Shown: one piece after another, positions 1-8,122 of the stretch
Numbering within the stretch: the first letter of the stretch is position 1
Layout of the letters: each line of letters starts with the position of its first letter
IMG/VR virus record: IMGVR_UViG_3300025770_001492
Location: 62,001-126,000 of that record
Length of the DNA: 64,000 nucleotides
Strand: one strand, 5' to 3'
Program-made: the position numbers and the translations under genes
Notes under the pieces: model-generated
Seen by the model: the letters and a program-made list of their open reading frames with translations, nothing else
Databases searched by the model: none
Told to the model about the DNA's origin: nothing

Positions 1-121
1 CTTTTTTTGGCGTTGTTTTGTTGATTCCGACATCAGAAAATGCCAAAAGCATGTTTTCGCCTTTTCTGGATCGCCTAACTGCTGCCTCGTTCAAAGCTTT
101 AATAGTTTCCAAGCACCACAT
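1..121 (-). CDS. hypothetical protein, partial (runs off left edge)
   Basis: ATG at 121, open frame MWCLETIKALNEAAVRRSRKGENML... to the window edge; below the ORF-track cutoff. Confidence 0.4.
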   Translation of the reverse strand, partial: MWCLETIKALNEAAVRRSRKGENMLLAFSDVGINKTTPKK

Positions 122-134
122 AGTTAACTTTCTG

Positions 135-206
135 TAAATGATGAAGGATTCGAACTTGCGGCCTCAAGGTTATGAGCCTTGCGAGATACCCCTTCTCCAT
201 CCTGCG
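135..206 (-). pseudogene. tRNA-fMet(CAT) pseudogene with non-cognate 3' end
   Basis: Minus strand CGCAGGA-TG-GAGA/TCTC D arm, CAAGG-CTCATAA-CCTTG anticodon arm and TTCGAAT T loop are intact, with C1 as in initiator tRNAs. The 3' T-stem strand (CCTTC) and acceptor strand (ATCATTT) do not pair with GCAAG and CGCAGGA. Confidence 0.8.
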
Positions 207-241
207 TCATTGTAATTTTATTGTAGTCAGAACAATTCAAA

Positions 242-340
242 AAAATGAAAAAACGGGAAACCACACCTGAACTTGCGGGGGATCAAGTTTGGATTAAACA
301 TTAGAATGCGGGGTCTAATGCCTAACCCGTTTTTTCATTT
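242..340. other. multibranch inverted-repeat element (putative structured RNA or terminator-ended ncRNA)
   Basis: Perfect 16-bp outer stem aaaatgaaaaaacggg (242-257) / cccgttttttcatttt (325-340) enclosing hairpins aacttg/caagtt and cattaga/tctaatg. Confidence 0.55.
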
Positions 341-497
341 TGAGTGTAACAGTGGCCGACTATTACACTAAGTGTTTCAAAAAGAATGCAGGAGCCTAAT
401 CACTCCCAAGGAATTGAAGCCCTCTCAGAAAACAATTATTCTGGTACTTGCCACCTAAGTGCTATGCATCGCACAATTACATTCTATGTTTCAAATG

Positions 498-860
498 TTA
501 CTTGGTTTCTTTTTCGTTGACAAGCTCAATTTTCTTTTCAACTTTCGAAGCCATAATTTGAACCTCAGTACCTCTGTCATATCCATCATGCCAAATTTGC
601 TCATAATGTTCTGGGCGGCTCAATGTCTCGACCACCCCAGAAACATAGTTTCTGGTGCCAACCATTTCACTTTCGGACTTAGCGATTTTCAACTCATACA
701 TAAGGTCACGAATTTGATCGTCAGCTATCTCTCTAGCTCTATCTGAATACTCGACAATACTTTCGAGTCTTTCGACCTTATTTTCAGAATAAATGTAATA
801 ATGAATCGCCACAGATGCTAAACAAATTCCAAGCAGCGAATAAACAGGTTTCTTGTCCAT
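498..860 (-). CDS. membrane-anchored coiled-coil hypothetical protein
   Basis: AAGGAG Shine-Dalgarno before ATG at 860 (MDKKP) rather than the track start at 914; N-terminal hydrophobic helix. Confidence 0.65.
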   Translation of the reverse strand: MDKKPVYSLLGICLASVAIHYYIYSENKVERLESIVEYSDRAREIADDQIRDLMYELKIAKSESEMVGTRNYVSGVVETLSRPEHYEQIWHDGYDRGTEVQIMASKVEKKIELVNEKETK

Positions 861-909
861 TTGTATCTCCTTAAGATAGGACGCCAGAAATAAAACACTT
901 GAGTGCTTT

Positions 910-937
910 ATCATACAGAAATTATTATTTCTGTAAA
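910..937 (-). promoter_or_regulatory. sigma70-like promoter with palindrome in the spacer
   Basis: TTTACA-N16-TATGAT; perfect inverted repeat tacagaaat-tatt-atttctgta at 914-935. Confidence 0.45.
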
Positions 938-939
938 GT

Positions 940-1575
940 CTAATCCTCTATCTCGGCTCGAATTTTTTCTATTGCGTTAAACGCACAGTGTCTTGCCCCC
1001 GCCCGTGTCATGTCGAAGCAATCACCTATTTCTTGCCAAGATTTATTCTCTAGAAATCTCATTTTCAGCATTTGTTTGTCTCTTTGATGTTTCTCTCCTT
1101 CAGAATCATCACAACTGAAAATTTTATCAAAATCCAAATCTGGGAGTTTTTCCTCTGCTTGTTCTTCAGGAAAATCAAGATTGTCTAACTCTGAAATTCT
1201 AACCAAAGGAATGTTTCTCTTTTTCCTCTGATTGAACTTAAACGAATCTAAGATTCTATTTCTCATGCATTTCCATGCGTAAGTCGAGAAGGCATCATTT
1301 ATGTGTGGATCATACGTTGACGCCGCATCCCATAAGCCAATCAAGGCAATTGAATATTCTTCTGAATCTCGAACCTCAATCGAATTTTTGACATAACGAG
1401 ACGCACATTTGAGAGCCAACCCAATGTGGTCTTCAACCGAAATAGGAACAATCTTTTCTTCTAGAAAAATTGTTTCTACAGGAATTTCAGATTTTAAAGG
1501 AGCAGAAATCAGATCTAACATAAACCAGTCTTTGGCGTTTAAAAGTAAATCATCCCTGATTCTGTTGTTGTTCAA
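940..1575 (-). CDS. sigma-70 family RNA polymerase sigma factor
   Basis: Region 2 (GLWDAASTYDP...FSTYAWKCMRNRILD) and region 4 HTH (SWQEIGDCFDMTRAGARH); AGGAGG before a TTG start. Confidence 0.85.
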   Translation of the reverse strand: MNNNRIRDDLLLNAKDWFMLDLISAPLKSEIPVETIFLEEKIVPISVEDHIGLALKCASRYVKNSIEVRDSEEYSIALIGLWDAASTYDPHINDAFSTYAWKCMRNRILDSFKFNQRKKRNIPLVRISELDNLDFPEEQAEEKLPDLDFDKIFSCDDSEGEKHQRDKQMLKMRFLENKSWQEIGDCFDMTRAGARHCAFNAIEKIRAEIED

Positions 1576-1622
1576 CCCCTCCTACTTGGTGGCATGCGGA
1601 AGGCCCGCATCGAGTAAAAATT

Positions 1623-1651
1623 ATAGTAGCCAACAAAATTGGTGTTGTAAA
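1623..1651 (-). promoter_or_regulatory. sigma70-like promoter of the sigma factor gene
   Basis: TTTACA-N17-TACTAT, followed by leader hairpin ATGCGG/CCGCAT (1594-1610) and AGGAGG. Confidence 0.5.
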
Positions 1652-1661
1652 GTCTTAAAAA

Positions 1662-2069
1662 TCAATTTTTTCTCTTGTTCGCAATCGACATATGAAAAGT
1701 TTTTTGAAATCCTTCGGGAAGAATCGAGAAATTTTCTTCGCAAGAAAGCCCCAACTCTGTTCGGATTTCTTCAAATCTTTTAGAAAAAGCATTGATCCAA
1801 AAATAAACTTCACCTTCCCTTATAATCCCATCGTAAAAGAATTCAACCGCTTCTCCCTCGTATTGTCCCCAATTAGACATATCCGTGGGCTTATCGTATT
1901 CTAACCCGTTCTTTTCACGCACAATTGTAATGTGTGCAGGATATCGTAAACCATTTACATTCTTGTACTTAGGAACCAATTTTCGATAATAATCGGCTAT
2001 TTGCTGATCTACTTCGAGTCGCAATGACCAATTTCCTCGATAACTGAGGGTTCCTTTTGAAGAAAACAT
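1662..2069 (-). CDS. 2H-phosphoesterase family protein (Acb1/gp57B-like fold)
   Basis: Two Hx[T/S] motifs, PAHITIV and TFHMSIA, in a ~135-aa protein; likely start MFSSKG at 2069. Confidence 0.65.
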   Translation of the reverse strand: MFSSKGTLSYRGNWSLRLEVDQQIADYYRKLVPKYKNVNGLRYPAHITIVREKNGLEYDKPTDMSNWGQYEGEAVEFFYDGIIREGEVYFWINAFSKRFEEIRTELGLSCEENFSILPEGFQKTFHMSIANKRKN

Positions 2070-2171
2070 ATTTTTGGATTTCCAGATAAACCAGTAGCTA
2101 CACCTGCATACGGAAATCACCTCATTGCTTCCCATACGGGAATTCGGTTCAAAGACCAAAGGCGAATTACG

Positions 2172-2372
2172 CTACTTTCGCAACTTTACTGAACTCTGTG
2201 CCGTGGCACAACGGAGCCAAAAGAACAATATGGCTGATGCAAGCCAAGTCCAAAAACTGTATTCGACTCCTGTTGAAAGGAGCGTATTCAAAGACCAAAT
2301 AAGCCCAAACGGGAAAAATATGATTGCCAGAATCCCAAGAATTCCTAAGGCTATATCGTTGTTATCACTCAT
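2172..2372 (-). CDS. small two-TM membrane protein
   Basis: Two hydrophobic segments; GTTTACA-N16-TAAGAT-N6-ATG upstream (2379-2406) suggests a leaderless transcript. Confidence 0.6.
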   Translation of the reverse strand: MSDNNDIALGILGILAIIFFPFGLIWSLNTLLSTGVEYSFWTWLASAILFFWLRCATAQSSVKLRK

Positions 2373-2414
2373 ACTTCAATCTTACCTAAAAAAATAAACT
2401 TGTAAACCAAAAAA

Positions 2415-3479
2415 CTAAATCCAATGAGGATTCTCTAAAGTCCAATCGACAATTGAATCGATGCTCGAATCAAAAGAGTATGGAGGATTCCATCCTTTTT
2501 CCTTCATCTTTGAGCCATCGAGAGCGTATCTACGGTCGTATCCTTTGCGAGCAGACTCAGATTTAATTAGCTTATACTTCAAATCTTTACCCATACATTT
2601 GGCAATAGTTTGAGCCATCTCTAAATTGTTAAGCTCTATATCTCCACAAATATTATATCTATCGGGTCTTTCGCCGCCTTCCTCATAAGAAGATGGTGGA
2701 AACTGAGACAAAAACACAAATGCATCTGCGTGATTTTTTGCATGCATGTAGTATCTGGTCCCTATATTATCTGGATTGTCTGCATAGATTGGAACCTCTT
2801 CTCCCTTGTAAACCTTTTGGATGATTTTAGGAAGAAACTTCTCCGCATCTTGCCATTCTCCAATATTGTTCATTGTATTGGTTAAAACAACAGGAACCCC
2901 GTATGTTCTCCAATACGCTATCGCCATTGCTTCCTGTGCTGCTTTGCTTGCAGCGTATGGGTTGCTTGGCATGATAACATCCCATTCATCATGCGCCTGA
3001 TTCTGCTTTGCCTCTCCGTAGACTTCGTCTGTAGAAACTTGAAAAAATATTTCTGGCTTAATTTTTCTAGCAAACTCTAACATGTTGAAAACGAGTTCGT
3101 AGTTGTTAAAAAGACAATGCCTTGGGTCTTTAGTTGATCGTTCAACAGCACTGTCGCTTGCCATATTTATTATGTAATCAATCTTATCTTCAACTATGTT
3201 TCCGTCTTCTAGCCTTCTGTTGAGCACCAGCTTCTCTAATTGATCATCTATAGGAGCAGATAAATCATGATAATATACCTTGAACCTATCTCTATTGTGG
3301 ATGCTGCTGATGAAGTCCACATGCCTTTTTGAGGCTTCTTCCACCCTGCGGTATGTTCCCTTGTGTCGAAAGGAATCAATTCCAATGATTTCCCAATCAG
3401 TGTGATTTAGAAAATATTCAAGACAATGCGCACCAATAAAGCCGCCCACGCCTGTAAGTAAAACTCTCTTAGACATCAT
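2415..3479 (-). CDS. dTDP-glucose 4,6-dehydratase-like NAD-dependent epimerase/dehydratase
   Basis: TGVGGFIG Rossmann motif, STDEVYG, catalytic YAASK. Confidence 0.9.
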   Translation of the reverse strand: MMSKRVLLTGVGGFIGAHCLEYFLNHTDWEIIGIDSFRHKGTYRRVEEASKRHVDFISSIHNRDRFKVYYHDLSAPIDDQLEKLVLNRRLEDGNIVEDKIDYIINMASDSAVERSTKDPRHCLFNNYELVFNMLEFARKIKPEIFFQVSTDEVYGEAKQNQAHDEWDVIMPSNPYAASKAAQEAMAIAYWRTYGVPVVLTNTMNNIGEWQDAEKFLPKIIQKVYKGEEVPIYADNPDNIGTRYYMHAKNHADAFVFLSQFPPSSYEEGGERPDRYNICGDIELNNLEMAQTIAKCMGKDLKYKLIKSESARKGYDRRYALDGSKMKEKGWNPPYSFDSSIDSIVDWTLENPHWI

Positions 3480-3925
3480 TGCTCCAATTCTTTAAAGGTG
3501 TCTTCAATTTGATTTTTTTGTTGTAAACCTAAAATCTTTTTCACAACTTTTCCATCTTTAAAAAAGACCAACGCCGGTATTGAAGAAATACTGTACTCAG
3601 ATGCCAAATCTGATTCTTCTTCCACGTTGACTTTGTATACCCCATATCCTTCCTCGTTCAATTGATCAATAGTTGGGGTCAAAGCGTTACACGGTCCACA
3701 CCAAGGTGCCCAAAAGTCAACCAACAAAACTTTTCCCTGATTATCCGCAGAATTAATCGTTGCTTCAAAATTAGAACTATTCAAACCTATAGCCATTTTA
3801 ACTTCTCTTTCTCTTTTAATGAAATCTAGTGTGCCAAAAATTGCGATTACCAAACAAAAGACAAGCACCCACCTGTCGCTTCTATAATAGCGCAAATCAT
3901 TCGTTTCTGAATTATTCAAGTCCAC
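3476..3925 (-). CDS. trxA: thioredoxin (classical domain starts MAIGL at 3796; possible N-terminal TM extension)
   Basis: DFWAPWCGPC active site and cis-Pro loop SIPALVFFKDG. Confidence 0.92.
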   Translation of the reverse strand: MDLNNSETNDLRYYRSDRWVLVFCLVIAIFGTLDFIKREREVKMAIGLNSSNFEATINSADNQGKVLLVDFWAPWCGPCNALTPTIDQLNEEGYGVYKVNVEEESDLASEYSISSIPALVFFKDGKVVKKILGLQQKNQIEDTFKELEQ

Positions 3926-4638
3926 AATGCATCCTTTGCCAAAACGAAAAATTCTTTTTCATCGGACTGTAAATACTTTTTAACTTCTTTGTCAGACTTG
4001 TTCTCAAAAAAAGTCAACCACCCATATCTTCCTGTTACTGCCGTGGATTTATCTTTTTTAAAATTTGTAAAACCAAAAAGAAATCTCATCATGGCATTTT
4101 TAGTCCTTTTTGAATACCCATACGAGAAAAGAGCATCTTCATAGTTGTCCATAAAAGGATTGTAGGACATGCTAGACCGCATCATTATCGAAAGCAAAGA
4201 TCTTTTCATTGAGCAAGACTTCCAAAAAGGAGAAGGGTTTATCCAGATCACAGATTTTAAATTAGTTTTAGAAAACTCGCTGTAACACATTTCCTCTGAA
4301 ATTCCTGAAAATTCAGATATTATTGATTCGGTTTTTCTCATAAACTCACAAACATTAACAGGATAGTCTTTAGGGATTCCCCCATCCCCTGTAGGCCATC
4401 TTCTTTTTTCAACATTGCAAGAAAAGTAAAAACCTTCTGTGGAATTATTGAACTTGTTTGCAAATGCTTCTCTGCACGTAATCCACTTAACCTCATCTAA
4501 AGGATTTTTAGATCGTGCTTCAATAATTCCAAAAGACCCGTCTTTAGGCATCCTGAAAGAGTTTTGTGAAACATACTTCCTCTTGGTTTCAGGAAGACTC
4601 ACGGATGATTTAAACTCATATCTGTTTTGCATCTTCAA
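3916..4638 (-). CDS. hypothetical protein, paralog of 43927..44523
   Basis: Shares CRE.F, W....PFW, M.RS, E.AL, RFL.G and GW..F motifs with the 43927 ORF. Confidence 0.7.
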   Translation of the reverse strand: MKMQNRYEFKSSVSLPETKRKYVSQNSFRMPKDGSFGIIEARSKNPLDEVKWITCREAFANKFNNSTEGFYFSCNVEKRRWPTGDGGIPKDYPVNVCEFMRKTESIISEFSGISEEMCYSEFSKTNLKSVIWINPSPFWKSCSMKRSLLSIMMRSSMSYNPFMDNYEDALFSYGYSKRTKNAMMRFLFGFTNFKKDKSTAVTGRYGWLTFFENKSDKEVKKYLQSDEKEFFVLAKDALWT

Positions 4639-5353
4639 TCCTCTCGTAAGTAGACTGAATGTAATCAGGATTTATTTCGCTTCCAATAAAACGTCTGCTA
4701 AGGGTGCTAGAGCAAACAGCAGTCGTTCCCGTGCCAGAGAAGGGATCATAAATAATATCACCCTCATTAGTAAAGTTGTTTAAGATTTTAAAAACCAACT
4801 CTTGCGGCATGACCGCAGCATTTGACTTGTTAGATGTTCTTTCTCTTTTGATCGTCCAAAGATCTGACAGAGTTCCTCTATCAAATCTGCCACGGTTTCT
4901 AAATTGTCTAGAAATAGGATAGTCTTTCTCGAAAACCAAAAGCAATTCAGTTTGTCGATTCAAAACTCCTTTTTGCATTGCCGGTTGCGCATGGCCTTTA
5001 TCCCACACAATTATATCTTTCAGAGACTCGTTAAAATCTCCGATCATTTTAAATACTGATCTCTTGCTGCCTGTTACTATTTGTATGTTGTAAAATACTA
5101 GATCTGATACCCTGAGTAGCTCTCTCAAAACCTCAGAGTGAAATTTGTTGTATTCGTCTATTGGGAGATTGTCGTCAAAATTAGAATACTTGGTGCTAAA
5201 TTCTTTAACGATTTGCCTAGAACAATACTTCCCATTCCTTATTCTAAGATTCATGTTGTAAGGAGGTGAAGTAATAACCACATCTACAGAATCGTCTTCC
5301 ATCTTTGACAAAGTATCAATGCATGATTCGTTGTATATCCTGTCCAGTTCCAT
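4616..5353 (-). CDS. beta-class N4-C/N6-A DNA methyltransferase
   Basis: TSPPY motif IV near the N-terminus and DPFSGTGTT motif I near the C-terminus; AAGGAG SD. Confidence 0.92.
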   Translation of the reverse strand: MELDRIYNESCIDTLSKMEDDSVDVVITSPPYNMNLRIRNGKYCSRQIVKEFSTKYSNFDDNLPIDEYNKFHSEVLRELLRVSDLVFYNIQIVTGSKRSVFKMIGDFNESLKDIIVWDKGHAQPAMQKGVLNRQTELLLVFEKDYPISRQFRNRGRFDRGTLSDLWTIKRERTSNKSNAAVMPQELVFKILNNFTNEGDIIYDPFSGTGTTAVCSSTLSRRFIGSEINPDYIQSTYERIEDAKQI

Positions 5354-5423
5354 CTGTAGATTTGCTCCTTTGAGAAAACATTTGAATTAAACATTTTTCC
5401 CAAAGTGCAAAAAAAAGTCAATG

Positions 5424-6092
5424 TCAAAAAGACTTCAAGAAATCAGCAAAAGGATAGTTGTACCTTTCAACAAATTCTCTTTTGAATTCAATCCATCTTT
5501 TTCTCATCGACGATCCCAAAATGTCTCCATTACTAAATGTTGAATACATTTGCAATTTAGACTTATTTGACACCTCTTCTTGAAACACCAAAGAAATGCT
5601 TTTTATCCTATCTCTCAAAAAACTGCTCTCGTAAAAGGCATTTTGATTCGAAATTATGAAAAATTGCATTGCAGATATTTTCACCAAACTTGGGTCAGAA
5701 ACTACAACATCAGGGTTTATCTTTTTTGCCAAATCAAACATGTATTGTTCGTAATTTTCAAGTTCAATATAGTTCCTTTTTTCCACGCAAAAGTAGAGCG
5801 AACAAAAATGAGACTTATATTGCATGCATCCGTGATTAGACAAATTGAATGAAATAAATTTTTCACGCCTTGATTTTGAAAACGCCTTAGGGGAGTACTT
5901 TTCAAACAAGTAACAAGGAGGCATAAAAGATCTGGTTGCCTTCTCGACTCTCATAAAGGACCAAAGAACACAATCTCCCTGCTTTGCAGCAGGGAGATTG
6001 TTCTTTAAGATTAAAAATCCATATTTTGAAAAGTCAACCAAAGGAAATTTTATATTATTTCTTTGGCAGTATTCTTTTGCAAGATTCATCAA
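5424..6092 (-). CDS. hypothetical protein
   Basis: 222-aa ORF tiling with its neighbours; no motif recognised. Confidence 0.6.
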   Translation of the reverse strand: MMNLAKEYCQRNNIKFPLVDFSKYGFLILKNNLPAAKQGDCVLWSFMRVEKATRSFMPPCYLFEKYSPKAFSKSRREKFISFNLSNHGCMQYKSHFCSLYFCVEKRNYIELENYEQYMFDLAKKINPDVVVSDPSLVKISAMQFFIISNQNAFYESSFLRDRIKSISLVFQEEVSNKSKLQMYSTFSNGDILGSSMRKRWIEFKREFVERYNYPFADFLKSF

Positions 6093-6325
6093 TCGTCCTG
6101 TTTTTTAAACAATTCAAATCTTGATACTTGCGATATATCGGTAGTCCAAGACCAGCAACGTTTCTCTTCATCCCATATCAATGGAAATTTATCCGGTATT
6201 GTTTCCAACACGTCGAACAAATGACCAGGCGAATCTGCACGTTCCACCGATCTGTGGAAAATTAATGTATCTATATGTTTGTATCTTTCTTTAAAAGATT
6301 TCAAAACATCATCATCAATTCTCAT
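6089..6325 (-). CDS. hypothetical protein
   Basis: 78 aa, overlapping start/stop with its neighbours. Confidence 0.6.
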   Translation of the reverse strand: MRIDDDVLKSFKERYKHIDTLIFHRSVERADSPGHLFDVLETIPDKFPLIWDEEKRCWSWTTDISQVSRFELFKKQDD

Positions 6326-6599
6326 TATCTTTCTTTTCCAATGCGATTATCTGATTTAATTTAAATCTACGGTAGATGTAACAAAATATTACACCTCCTG
6401 CAATGCCCATCAAAATTCCCGATGTAGAAAAAACTTCACCTTTGCCTAGCATCCAGTTTATAAATCCTCCAACATAGCTACCGGCTATGCCTATTCCGAC
6501 TGTTGGGAGAAACCCAACAGGATCATCACCGGGATGTAACGCTTTTGCGCAAAGCCCAACAATTAAACCATAAACAATCCAAATAAGTATACTTAACAT
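6315..6599 (-). CDS. GlsB/YeaQ/YmgE family stress-response membrane protein
   Basis: WIVYGLIVGLCAKALHPG...GIAGSYVGG pattern; AGGAGG before ATG at 6599. Confidence 0.85.
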   Translation of the reverse strand: MLSILIWIVYGLIVGLCAKALHPGDDPVGFLPTVGIGIAGSYVGGFINWMLGKGEVFSTSGILMGIAGGVIFCYIYRRFKLNQIIALEKKDNEN

Positions 6600-6628
6600 G
6601 TTACCTCCTACAAAACAATGTTTACACA

Positions 6629-7537
6629 TTATTTATACTTAATAGGCATTATCTGCAAGTAGCTATTCGGAGTAACACCATTTGAAATGTCAGTTATTAA
6701 GTTTTTAGAATACCTTTTAAAAGTTTGGTTTAGATGGTCAAAATTCTGAAATCCATAAACCATCTTAAAATTCTCTTCGGTATTTGGATTTCTAAAAAAA
6801 TCCAAAAGATTCTTTTGACCAAATTCTTTCCTCAACAGCAAACAGGCCATAGCTGATGCTCCGTCAAAATCTTTCCTTTTTTCTGGCGACATCTTTTTGT
6901 AATCTTCTCTCGTAACAGAAAACATGTTTCCATTTTGAAGATCAGGATTCACTTTTTTCAAACTAGTCTTAATGTTTGGGATGGTACTATTTAAAACACT
7001 CATCCCACGCACTGCCCAAAAACCAAAGTTGTAATTATAATCAGACTCAACTTGACTTAAACAAACCATAGTAAGTGCTGGTGGGATTGTTTCTGCGGGT
7101 GTGCCGTCAAGAACAAGCCACAAAAACCTTTTTTCTATTTTCCCATCTTTTGAAACAACTTCTCCATAAGACTCCTCTAAATTAAAAAGTTTTTTCATCA
7201 AAGTCTTATTGGGCACACATAAAACCATACAACCTGGCTCTGATTTTTCTCCAAGTTTAGAACTAGGAAAACCTTCAGACGGAAGCCCCCATCTTGAGGC
7301 AACCCAATCTTTCATGTTCTCTATGTTGGTTTGAAGATACCTTCCTTGATCATCGTTTAAGCTTAAAATCACAAAGTTCTCTGTGGATCTGCGATTCCAT
7401 ACAAGATTTTTTATATCGGGGTCTTGCTCTACCTGAATTCCTGTTGGCGTTGGAATCTGAAAATGACTTACATTTTGCTGTGCAATAACAATTTGCTGGG
7501 AGAGCAAGATGATCACTAAAAAAATAAAATTTTTCAT
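6629..7537 (-). CDS. secreted protein, degenerate gluzincin (Peptidase_MA-like) fold
   Basis: Signal-peptide-like N-terminus; W..RG and LRKEFGQKNLLDF resemble MA-clan elements, but there is no HExxH. Confidence 0.4.
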   Translation of the reverse strand: MKNFIFLVIILLSQQIVIAQQNVSHFQIPTPTGIQVEQDPDIKNLVWNRRSTENFVILSLNDDQGRYLQTNIENMKDWVASRWGLPSEGFPSSKLGEKSEPGCMVLCVPNKTLMKKLFNLEESYGEVVSKDGKIEKRFLWLVLDGTPAETIPPALTMVCLSQVESDYNYNFGFWAVRGMSVLNSTIPNIKTSLKKVNPDLQNGNMFSVTREDYKKMSPEKRKDFDGASAMACLLLRKEFGQKNLLDFFRNPNTEENFKMVYGFQNFDHLNQTFKRYSKNLITDISNGVTPNSYLQIMPIKYK

Positions 7538-7546
7538 TCTAAACCT

Positions 7547-8062
7547 TTATGCTGCCATTTCTTTTGCATCTCTGCTAAGTTCAATCTTGGCAGATTTCTT
7601 TGCTTGACTGAGCATTTGAGAAATCCTACTTTCACTCACGCCCAACTGATTTCCTATATCTTTTAAAGAGTATCCATCAATATAATATTTTCTCAAAACA
7701 AGATAAAGGCTACTTTTTATTTTATGAGATATTTCTTCTAGAAAATCACATTTACAATCCGACACAAAGCAATCAAAAACGCAGTCGTTGTCCAGAGACA
7801 ATGGAATAAATGGGCTTTTTCTAGTTCCCCAGGAAATACCTCTCATGAAATCAAAAATTTCTCCCATTATTCTAATTCGGGCATATGTGCAGAAGTTCAC
7901 AGAATAATCATATTTATTTGCTGCATCAACTAAGCCAAAGTATGCAGCAGATTTTAAGTCGTCTATAGAAATGTTGGGAGGAGTAGACCGACATTTTTCC
8001 CATGCCATCTTTTCAGCTAGAGGCATATAATCTAAAATAAGCTTGTTTGTTTTTTCGTTCAT
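7547..8062 (-). CDS. compact FliA/WhiG-like sigma-70 family sigma factor
   Basis: DDLKSAAYFGLVDAANKYD...FCTYARIRIMGEIFDFMR region 2; SLKDIGNQLGVSESRISQM region 4. Confidence 0.9.
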   Translation of the reverse strand: MNEKTNKLILDYMPLAEKMAWEKCRSTPPNISIDDLKSAAYFGLVDAANKYDYSVNFCTYARIRIMGEIFDFMRGISWGTRKSPFIPLSLDNDCVFDCFVSDCKCDFLEEISHKIKSSLYLVLRKYYIDGYSLKDIGNQLGVSESRISQMLSQAKKSAKIELSRDAKEMAA

Positions 8063-8122
8063 TTTGTACCTTTTTTAGTTAAAACTTAGTATTTTGTAGT
8101 TACAGTATTTATTAATTTCAAG

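Noticed and set aside
135-206. Functional or intron-containing tRNA-fMet
   Set aside because: The T and acceptor stems cannot pair, and no displaced 3' half (CTTGC-TCCTGC) is visible nearby
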